A DNA stretch of 59,600 nucleotides from Octopus bimaculoides (Eukaryota), in assembly GCF_001194135.2 (NCBI RefSeq), contig NC_068982.1:8881424-8941023 (forward strand), in the 5' to 3' direction. Below the pieces are notes generated by a model that saw only the letters and a list, made by a program, of their open reading frames with translations, ran no database searches and was not told where the DNA came from. The position numbers and the translations under genes are program-made. Positions 49,440 through 59,600 of the stretch are shown here, one piece after another; within the stretch, counting starts at the first letter, position 1, and every line of letters starts with the position of its first letter.

Positions 49440-50932
49440 ATACAAAATAGGACCGGCGATGTCATTCGCCCTAAAGTTATTAAAAGTATAACATTCGAAC
49501 ACATATCGTGCATAGTTATTAAATACAGGCATTTATTATCAGACGTAACTACTAGACTCGTTAGAATATATAAATTCCGTTGTATTTGCTAGAGCTGATG
49601 TGTTGAAACGATTGTTGGCAGTTTACATGAAATAATTTCTATAAATGTTTTGTACATAACATGTGAGCATATGTATCATCTAAGGTGATAACTATTTGTT
49701 TTCGAGTCGACAGGTAACTCTTTACCTATCCCATACATCCGCTAGGAATATCAACCAAATCTTCCTCAAATCCCTTATTATTTTATTAAAAGAAGACACG
49801 GGGGTAGACGCACCTCTCCTGTTACTAAAAAAAAGTGGGGTGATCGCGTCTGTAATACCTTTAAACATATGTCTGCTTAATCAAGAATGAACTAGGTTTA
49901 AAATAACAATACCTTTTGTTTTATTTAACGATTGCTCGGTAGCATAATAAAATATTGTAAAGGCGGCGAGCTGGCAAAACGTTAGCACGCCGGGCGAAAT
50001 ACTTACTGGTATTTTGTCTGTCTTTTCGGACCTCTTCCTGTTGAGAGTCCCAGATGAACCTACTTCACGGCAAGGGGTGCAAATGAGGGTTGCTAAAAAA
50101 GAAAGTAATATAACGTAATTGTTAAAATTCTTATTTCCATTCAAACCTGATTAAAATATAACTTCATGAGATCACTATTCTGTTTTGTGTGACCCTTCGA
50201 TACATATGTACCGTTATTGTGTTTTACTTGTGATTGATACGTGTAAAACGTAACACATGACTAAACAGCAATCCTCAAACACGTTTCATAATCAAAATGG
50301 CCGTCCAGGATAAATTTATAAGTGTTCGAGTCATTGGAGAGACTGATTAAAATTTTCACTTGACTCTTCTAGAATCATCTAATGACTTAGAGACAGAGAA
50401 ACCGACATAGTTTTCTAATCAATTATATAAAATTCTCGTCTAAAATTTATTCTTTCAAAGAAATAGTTGTTTGCTTTATCGATGTCAGTACCGGTTCATT
50501 TCATTGCCATTTTCAAAGTTGAGTAAAACTAGCAATACTCAAATTGTAACTTATCTAAAAAAAAAAAAAAGAAGTAAACTTATTTAGTGGTCATGAAAAA
50601 ATAATACGTACATAGTCTGCTAAATGGCAAAAGTAATAACGTATTGAACAAGCAGTTTTTAGTATTTACTTCCGTTTCGCTCGAATACGTTGAACATCTT
50701 TTCCTTTACACTCTGCCAAAAACGTACAAGAGAAATATCCTAATGTCACTAAGAGAAATAATTACTCTTGAAGGACTGCAATATTCTCTGATAACGTTCA
50801 CTTACACATTACTATTCAAACAATGTTCTAATCACAGTAAATATACTGAGAAACTATTTTCTATATACATGAATGCATACAGAGAAATAATAAATCTTGA
50901 ATATGGATATTTCTGATGAGATTATGTTATAG

Positions 50933-51272
50933 CAGGGGTTCTCAACCATTTTTCATCGATGGACCCCCTTTGATTGCTATTTTATTCTGGTGGACCGTCA
51001 TATCGATTAAATATTTAAAACTAGTTTTATAGAAGATCATTTTCACAATTCCTATTTTGTTTTTCACACGTTCACTAGTGTAGGTTGAACTATGAAAATG
51101 AGAAAGAAACCCGTTTCCTGTAATGCATAGCAATACTTATATCTAACGCAAAGATGTTTAGGGGCCCTTAAAATATTATCGTGGATCCTCAATTTACTCT
51201 TTTGCTGTATGGACTCCCGAAAATCTTTTATGGGCCCTCATGGGCCATATGGACTACAATTGAGAACCACTG
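50933..51272. mobile_element. hAT-type MITE (~340 bp)
   Basis: TIRs CAGGGGTTCTCAA / TTGAGAACCACTG with subterminal ATGGAC/GGACCC repeats; no 8 bp TSD recognisable. Confidence 0.75.
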
Positions 51273-52369
51273 CATTAGACAAACCATTTTTTCTTTTGCA
51301 CATTCACTTTTGTATACTGGGTCCAAAAAACTGAAAGTTTGGGTAATATGTTGCGATGTCCCGCCCTTTTCCATTATTATTATGGTAGAAATTCTGTGCA
51401 ATGACCTGAACAAGACATGCAGCTAGATTCCCATTGCATGAGAATTAATATCATAAGTTCACCAAGGGATAACGAATGCTCTTTTTCTTTCTGAAATTAA
51501 GTATTTAACCTGGAACAAAAGTCAGATGATACTTCTAAGTCGGACCGCTTTTATATTGATTTATTCCTCAAACATATATTTAACACAAAGTTTTGTATGT
51601 TTTTATTATTCGGGAATTGAAAAGAAAGCCCTGTTTTTATGGAAGGGAAACTCGGGTTAATTGTCTCATTCCATTATTACCATTGTATCATTATCGATTT
51701 TCCTTTTTAATAAAAATTCTCAAAATTATAGATTCAAGAGATTATAATGCTTAAGTATATAAAAAATGGAAAAGTGAAATTTAAGAAAGTCAAAATAATG
51801 AAACTCTCTAAAGACATACAGACGATGGAAATTGCACTTTTAGTACGGTAAGTGATATGTTCCTCAGTCTGCCGTCACCATAGCGTTGTTTGGGAAATAT
51901 GGAAATTTTATTAGTATTATATATTATACATAAAAAATGCGGTTGCTACAATTTCCTCACGATTGCACTTAATGTGGAAGATATTAGTTTTCACTCAACT
52001 GTGCTCACTATTAAAATTTTCTATCGATTTCAATTATATCGAGTACCCTACTTAATATTTCATTGTTATCAGTTTTACTTGCACTTTCTACACATAATTT
52101 TACGCGTTTATTCTCTATCTGTTTTCACAGAAAAGTTTAACGTTTAAATGTAATTCTGTACTTACATTTAAAAGCTTAAGATTTACGGCATCAAACAACA
52201 AAAGAACATGTAACTATGCCATACAGCGAGTGAATCACTAATTCGTATTTACTTCTATTTGCGATTAGACTGATAGCAGCATTTGTGTTGTTCTATGAAT
52301 TCTAACTGATGTAATGGGAATTCACACAAACAAACACACACATGTATTTACTTCAAAATGTAACTACAT

Positions 52370-52565
52370 GTGAATCATTGGCGATTTTCTTCCTCCGTCT
52401 TCCCTTCTATTGGACTTTCCTCTGTTTCCGAAGAAGAGCGTCTACTCGAAACGTTAAACCATCTTTCTTTCCTTCCCTGAGCAGCTGCTAATACTTTACA
52501 TGTACCAGGTCCTTGCGTTGTTGTGTTTTTGTGTTTGTTGTTCTTCTTTTTGGGGATTTACTATA
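52370..52565 (+). mobile_element. ~200 bp short repeat carrying an HHR-like motif with CCGAAGA core (copy 3 of 3)
   Basis: GTTT-CCGAAGA-a-GAG..CTC-GAAA-CG-TT-AAAC at 52424-52459; ends in (TA)n. Confidence 0.8.
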
Positions 52566-53255
52566 TATACATCTATATTTTTTTGGAGTTACTATATATA
52601 TATATATTGATGCGACGACCGAAAATACAGTTGGCATTATATCCCTATCTCCCGGGCTGGGTTTTGAACCCGTACTCTGGTCAGTTGGGGAGAATGGTAT
52701 TTCCTTTGTCTTGTCGGCAACCACAGCTATTTTTAGCGTAGCTGCCCCTTTTCGATCAGCGAAAGTTCAAAAAAGGCAGCATAGGAATCATGTACCGACC
52801 GACCCATCTTGGCAGGGGGGTAAAGTAGCACAATGAGCTATGGTATTTGGGATGAATAGGAGGACAGAAATTGGCGGCCAAGGAATTAGCANNNNNNNNN
52901 NAAAGAGACGGAATTGTAGTGGCAGACTGCCTTGGTCAGTGGAAGTAGCAAACCTGAAGGAAACAAACTTCGTTGTGGTAAATACTTTTATATTATTTTA
53001 GAGAAAAAGAACTCTGAGTTGTTAACTGTGTTGTTAAATGCTTCTAAAAGAAAGGAAAAGAAAAGAAATACAAAACAAAGAATCAGAAGAACTTTGTTGT
53101 CAAATGAAACTTGAGACACGAACTTTGCGATGTAAAAATGATTGAAAAGCTTGTAATTGTTTGGAAACTTTGTCAACGTTATTGAACTGTCATGCCATGT
53201 TTTGAAATTGTTATTACGTAATGCTCTATTCTAATGTTTTAAATGTATTCTGTGA

Positions 53256-53490
53256 TGTTATGTATGTAAAAAGAAAAGGTTACCCAACGCATGGTCTTCG
53301 TGCTGTGTCTTCCTCCCAGTCCTATTTGCCTGTGTTGTTCTTCGTTACGTGCTCCAGCCGGGGCTTTATTATCAGTCAGGATTGTAGCGACAGACGAATT
53401 TGCTAGCTCACTGAGCGTATGAACGTTCGCGCGTGCGCGAGTCGCCTCTTCGGTGTTAAGGAGGTGCTTCGCGTGCGGGCGTTCGTAACA
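53256..53490 (-). mobile_element. Candidate solo LTR (235 bp)
   Basis: TGTTATG...CGTAACA inverted termini, GC/CpG-rich interior, AATAAA on the minus strand; no TSD seen. Confidence 0.5.
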
Positions 53491-53980
53491 ATATATATAT
53501 ATATATATATATATACGTAGTATACATACATACGTACACATAAAAATATGCATGTGTGCGTACGCGTGGGTACGTTGTTATAAGTATGTGCATATGCGTT
53601 CGTGTATGTACATATATGTATGTATCTTTATCTAAAGTACACGTATAAATATGTGTATGAGTGTGTGTGGCTCGAAAACTAATACGAGACGGAGAAGGAT
53701 ATAATGACTAACGCATGCGCACATAAACAAAACTTAGTTTAATAATGAAAGAATACCGTCCCCCGACATAGCGAGGAATACAGATATTCTCTTACTTCTT
53801 TTAAGCTTTTGGTCAGCGGCCATGCTGTGGCACACCCTCGATTCATTTTATTTTGAAACCTGGTACTATTTCTATCGTTCACGTTTGCCGACCTGCTACA
53901 TTACTATTGTCAAACAAACACTCATCCACGCATAGCTATATATTTCAGTATATGCTTATGTGTGTGTGTGTGTATATGCA

Positions 53981-54026
<46 letters not shown>

Positions 54027-54816
54027 TGCATATTCATACATTACCATATTACATATATACATACGTATATATATATATATATATATATATANNNNNNNNN
54101 NNNNNNNNNNNNNNNNNNNNNNNNNNNNNNNNNNNNNNNNNNNNNNNNNNNNNNNNNNNNNNNNNNNNNNNNNNNNNNNNNNNNNNNNNNNNNNNNNNNN
54201 NNNNNNNNNNNNNNNNNNNNNNNNNNNNNNNNNNNNNNNNNNNNNNNNNNNNNNNNNNNNNNNNNNNNNNNNNNNNNNNNNNNNNNNNNNNNNNNNNNNN
54301 NNNNNNNNNNNNNNNNNNNNNNNNNNNNNNNNNNNNNNNNNNNNNNNNNNNNNNNNNNNNNNNNNNNNNNNNNNNNNNNNNNNNNNNNNNNNNNNNNNNN
54401 NNNNNNNNNNNNNNNNNNNNNNNNNNNNNNNNNNNNNNNNNNNNNNNNNNNNNNNNNNNNNNNNNNNNNNNNNNNNNNNNNNNNNNNNNNNNNNNNNNNN
54501 NNNNNNNNNNNNNNNNNNNNNNNNNNNNNNNNNNNNNNNNNNNNNNNNNNNNNNNNNNNNNNNNNNNNNNNNNNNNNNNNNNNNNNNNNNNNNNNNNNNN
54601 NNNNNNNNNNNNNNNNNNNNNNNNNNNNNNNNNNNNNNNNNNNNNNNNNNNNNNNNNNNNNNNNNNNNNNNNNNNNNNNNNNNNNNNNNNNNNNNNNNNN
54701 NNNNNNNNNNNNNNNNNNNNNNNNNNNNNNNNNNNNNNNNNNNNNNNNNNNNNNNNNNNNNNNNNNNNNNNNNNNNNNNNNNNNNNNNNNNNNNNNNNNN
54801 NNNNNNNNNNNNNNNN

Positions 54817-54853
<37 letters not shown>

Positions 54854-54951
54854 TATGTATAAGAGAGTAATATAAAAACATCACGAAGGATATATTACAA
54901 ATAATTAAGATTATTTATGAATATATCAATGGCCAAACATGTTATCATAAA

Positions 54952-55665
54952 ATATAAAAAAGAAAACGTTTATAATTATGAACAAGTCACAATTCTAACT
55001 AAGAGGGCTAAAATAAATCCCTTACGTGTTAAAAATAGCACCTTAAACCGCTATAAAGCCATCATATTACTCATATTATTTACCCGTAGTAAAAACTGTG
55101 TTCTGGCGACATGGAAAACAGAATCTACAACTTGAAAATAATTGGTTAATTCCTTATTGCAATTTCGGCGTTAGGGACCACTTAACGTATCCATTTACCC
55201 CGTCAGGGGAAATATTTCTGCAGATAGGAATCAAAACCAGGCTTTACCCTGGGGCTAGCATGAATCCCGAATGCCGACCGGTAATAGAAATATATTCACC
55301 TCTATATATACAAGCAAGTTTTAAATTCAAATGTCATGCACAGCGTTTATGTGAAAAAACCAGCAAATTCGAGCCACAGCAAAATCAACGGATATGAGAT
55401 AGGAAAATTTAAATAAGTAGAGGGTAATGTAAAAACATTTCCCGAACGCCGAAATTGCAATAGGGAAGTAACTAATTATTTTCAAGTTGTTGATTCTGTT
55501 TGCCGTGTCTCCCGAAGACAGTTTTTATCATAAGGAGAAATAATATGATATAATGGCTTTATAGCGGTTTTGGCTGCTATTTTTAACATGTAAGGGTTTT
55601 TTTTTATCCCTCTTAGTTATAATTGTGACTTGTTCATAATTATAAACGTTTTTCTTCTTTTATAT
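54952..55665. mobile_element. Foldback/MITE-like element with ~226 bp TIRs and a ~260 bp spacer
   Basis: 54952-55177 matches the reverse complement of 55440-55665, e.g. AAACGTTTATAATTATGAACAAGTCACAATT, AAACCGCTATAAAGCCAT, TATTGCAATTTCGGCGTT. Confidence 0.9.
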
Positions 55666-56859
55666 ATATATATATATATNNNNNNNNNNNNNNNNNNNNN
55701 NNNNNNNNNNNNNNNNNNNNNNNNNNNNNNNNNNNNNNNNNNNNNNNNNNNNNNNNNNNNNNNNNNNNNNNNNNNNNNNNNNNNNNNNNNNNNNNNNNNN
55801 NNNNNNNNNNNNNNNNNNNNNNNNNNNNNNNNNNNNNNNNNNNNNNNNNNNNNNNNNNNNNNNNNNNNNNNNNNNNNNNNNNNNNNNNNNNNNNNNNNNN
55901 NNNNNNNNNNNNNNNNNNNNNNNNNNNNNNNNNNNNNNNNNNNNNNNNNNNNNNNNNNNNNNNNNNNNNNNNNNNNNNTATATATATATATATATATATA
56001 TATTACTAGCATTTTCGGGTGGGTATGGTAAGTCGATATAATCGATTTACCAGTGCTCAACTGGTACTTATTTAGTCGACCACGAAAGATTGAAAGATAA
56101 AGTCGACCTCAGTCGAACTCAGAACATAAAGACGGACTAACCGCTGGTAAGCTTTTTACCCCCCGTGCTAACGATTCTGCCATCTCGCCGCCTTAACGAT
56201 GTAAATAATAACAGTTATTTCGAATTACAAATTCGTCTGAAATTATTTATTTTGTACAGAAAACGTTTCTCACTTAAATATTTATATTAGAATGGTCTAA
56301 TAATATCCGCAATACAACGTAATTTCGGTCAGAAATATATGATTAAATGATAATTACAGAAAAGTTTGAAGCTAAAAATAATTTATGATCTTCAGGTTTT
56401 ACTTTCGTCACTTTATTTATTTGATAGAACTATATAATTCATGTCCCAAATAAATTTTCGCTGAATGGCTTCTCTTCATTGTTTCTCTTTATTTACATGC
56501 ATAAATATATAATGGCTGGTATTGTTTTCATAATAGTTATTGTACTTCTAGTACATCAAGAATATAAAAAGTGCAATGAGCAAATGCTTTTATAGATTTA
56601 TGAGATTCTTAATGCATCGATTACTTTAAATACCAACGAATAAATTAATATTAATTGAAATACCAACGAATAAATAATTATTCAGTTCAGATAATTTCAG
56701 CTTTTGGAAATAAGCAGAATATTTGTTGTTTATGAATTTTAACTCTTATGATTATGCAGTAAATTAAAATGTAAAGCTGTTAATTCGATATCTGTATGAC
56801 TCGTTAACGCTAATTTTAGTATATTAGAAGTTATTGATAAAAGTGTAATAATGGTTTCA

Positions 56860-57243
56860 AATTTTGGCACAAAGCCAGCAATTTCTGGTGGGGTGGGAGG
56901 TAAGTCAATTACATTGAACTTAGTGCTCAACTGCTACCTATTTTATCGACCTCGAAAAAAAAATGAAAGGCAAAAGTAGACCTGGGCTGGATTTGAATTC
57001 AGAAAGTGATGATGCAAGAAATGCTGCTAACGGTTCTTATTTCTTTATTGCCCACAAGGGGCTAAACATAGAGGGGACAATCAAGGACAGACAAAGGGAT
57101 TAAGTCGATTACATCGACCTAGTGCGTAACTAGTACTTAATTTGTCGACCTCGGCGGAATTTGAACTCAGAACGTAACGGCAGACGAAATACCGCTAAGC
57201 ATTTCGCCGGGCGTGCTAACCGTTCTGCCAGCTCGCCACCTTA
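56860..57243 (-). mobile_element. SINE family A, dimeric form (another fragment at 56020-56195)
   Basis: Same linker CCCTTGTGGGCAATAAAGAAATAAGAACCGTTAGC as the 37505 and 39341 copies. Confidence 0.85.
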
Positions 57244-57457
57244 GAAAAAAAAATTGCAATAATAGAAATGTTTTCTGTTATAGATTCAAATGTCTTCTAA
57301 TGTAGACTTCAGCTTTTATTTTTATAAGTCCAGCTTGTATACAATAAATAGAAGTATTAATACCAGTAATGTATCAGTTCATAGGAATCCTCTATAGTTC
57401 CCCTATAAGAACAATTAGAACGAAATAATATTTTATTCAATATGCTTATAAAACCAC

Positions 57458-57612
57458 GGCGGCGTGCTGGCAGAAACGTTAGCACGCCGGGCGAAATGCT
57501 TAACGATATTTCGTCTGTCTTTAAGTTCTGAGTTCAAATTCCGCCGAGGTCGACCTAATCGACTGATCTCCTCCTCCAAAATTTCGGACCTTGTGCCTAG
57601 AGTAGAAAAGAA
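57458..57612 (+). mobile_element. SINE family A, internally deleted; AATATGCTTA present on both sides
   Basis: GGCGGCGTGCTGGCAGAAACGTTAGCACGCCGGGCGAAATGC..GAGGTCGAC|CTAATCGACTG..AGTAGAAAAG. Confidence 0.85.
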
Positions 57613-59600
57613 TATGCTTAGAAAAACAACGTTAAGGAACTGAAGTGAGATTACAATTATCTTAAGTAATGGAACAAATATTACCATTACAAATGAGTAT
57701 TCTACTATGTGACATCCGAATGAATATATTGCATTCAAGTGAAACCAAAAATGATAATATATATATTTAGTTGTTTTTATGGATTAATAAACTTAGATGG
57801 TGTATAGACTTTGTTGTTGATTGTAAACCTGTGTACAAAGGACGAAAGTTGAGATCCCTGACTGTATCTTAATATCCTATTTAGTTTCTGAACCTGTCTC
57901 CTTATCTTTTTTAATTTTTTTATCGCTACCGCTTCTGAAAAAGAAATTCCAATTTGAGGAGTCATCTATATAGAATCAGATGTGAACTTTTGTTAAAATT
58001 AATTGCAAGCGATGGAGTTTTATAATTAGACTTTCTGTATTTTCTACTGATATCCGTAATTTTCAAAGACCGTATAATTGCCATAAAATGACTATAAATT
58101 TTAAGAATTATAATTTTTCGCTTAATTTTCCATTATCAAAGTTCTGATTTCACTAAGGCTAGATGAATCACGTTTTAAGCAAGTGTACTTTTTCTCTCTT
58201 GTGATTCCTTATAATACTCAGATTAATTCTTGACAATCAAACATTATTGAATCTTTATAAAATGCAACTTATCTTTTAGCAAGGCTAGTACACAGACCGG
58301 CTTTTGTGTATTTGTCATTTAGTATTTTCTCGAGCGAAGAAAATACCTTCTTCGACACAAAAGAACATCGAACAAAACAAAGAAATCTTTCAATTAGCTT
58401 CAAACCCTTGAGCAGTCTTTTTGTCTTAGACTTTGTTCTTTGTTTATTTGCTTGTTCCTTTAAAACATTATACTATTATGCGCATGGTTTCATAACCAAA
58501 GCCTAAAGACATGTGCTACATTTAGTTTTGTTTGTTAGATATCAATAAATGTTACACTGTTTTAACAGGAAATTGAAAACTTTGCTATTTGTTTCTGCTC
58601 TGTCTACAAAATCTCAGAGAAGCGAATGTCATATGTAATTGATGCAAAACAACATAGCTTATGTAGAATCATAACAAGTCTCTTCCTAAAACAGCAAAAT
58701 TATTGAATCGTTCAGTAAAACATCAAGGAGTTGGCACTTTCAGAAAATATTAAATGCATATTTTTCAGTAAAATGACTCTTAATATAAGTAATCAAACAA
58801 AAGTTCTCAGTAGCCTATTGATCAAGCATACGTCCATTTTCAGAGAACTTGTATCATCGCTTAGTTATTCTATGTATTCATTGGTTTCAAATTTTCGCAC
58901 AGTTTCGGGAGAGGAGTAAATCGATTACATCGACCCTACTGAAGAGCTGGTACTCATTTTATCAGCTTCAAAAGGATGAAAGGCACAGCAACCTCAGCGG
59001 GATTTAAATTCGTTTGCATTCCGTCTGTCTTTACGTTCTAAGTATTTTGATCGTCGTTCTAGCGATTCTGCGAGCTCTCTGCCTTGTTCAGAATTATACT
59101 ACCAGAGCAAAAGCTTATGAGAAATTTTACAACGCATAACCTTTCTAGTTTACACACAGAGTTAAATATATGTGCGTGTGTGTATAGAAACAGAAGACTA
59201 GGAAAAATTTAGGATACTCCAAATTCCATGTTATACGTGATTCATTACAGGATGGGAATCAGAAAGGTATACATGTAGAATTATTCAACCAAAGAATACA
59301 AATTATCATGTTTTTCTATGTAACTACTCTGCAAACATGATTAATTAGAAATTTCAATTTCCATGTAAATCTCATTGAAAATAAAACATCTAAATACATT
59401 CGTTTGATTAACGTACACATGCAGATCTGCTTCACGAGGACACCTTTTGAATTAGAACCCATATATATATATATATATATATATATAATTGTGATTTACT
59501 TTCGAAAAACATAACGTAGAAGTGCTCAAGTCAAAACCGAGTCACGACATAAGTATTATAGACAAAATAGAAAAGGTTCAAATCAGGCAAACTACGATTA

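Noticed and set aside
52590-52960. GC-richer segment with a minus-strand GGTTCAAAACCC B-box-like motif
   Set aside because: No A-box, second copy or termini found in the window; left unclassified.
53853-54884. Long ORFs in the supplied track (also 36408-37342, 31080-31680, 12165-12724)
   Set aside because: Artefacts of N runs and dinucleotide repeats lacking stop codons.

Overview
This is an AT-rich, microsatellite-dense and gappy animal genomic window. Its repeat families look like those of an octopod cephalopod (inferred from recalled SINE sequences, not a database search). I can support no host protein-coding gene, rRNA, true tRNA or CRISPR array, and most listed ORFs are microsatellite or N-gap artefacts. 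The window is built from mobile-element debris: four tRNA-headed SINE families in many copies, at least seven decayed Penelope-like (RT/GIY-YIG) fragments, a restriction-like-endonuclease LINE fragment, a probable CR1/L2 fragment, mariner- and hAT-type MITEs, solo-LTR candidates and several long inverted repeats. The strongest unexplained signal is a set of type I hammerhead ribozyme (HHR) motifs in short elements. These are a tRNA-headed HHR element with an inverted 5' duplication (48149-48385), a three-copy ~200 bp family whose core reads CCGANGA instead of CUGANGA, an HHR directly downstream of a Penelope endonuclease, and CAGCTG-stem HHRs. A 166 bp palindrome appears to be two HHR 3' flanks fused at that CAGCTG stem. 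Also notable are a 372 bp hairpin (164/177 identical arms), a 37 nt locally templated inverted insertion, and a ~100-codon low-complexity insert splitting a GIY-YIG motif. All alignments and coordinates were made by eye, and element boundaries are approximate.
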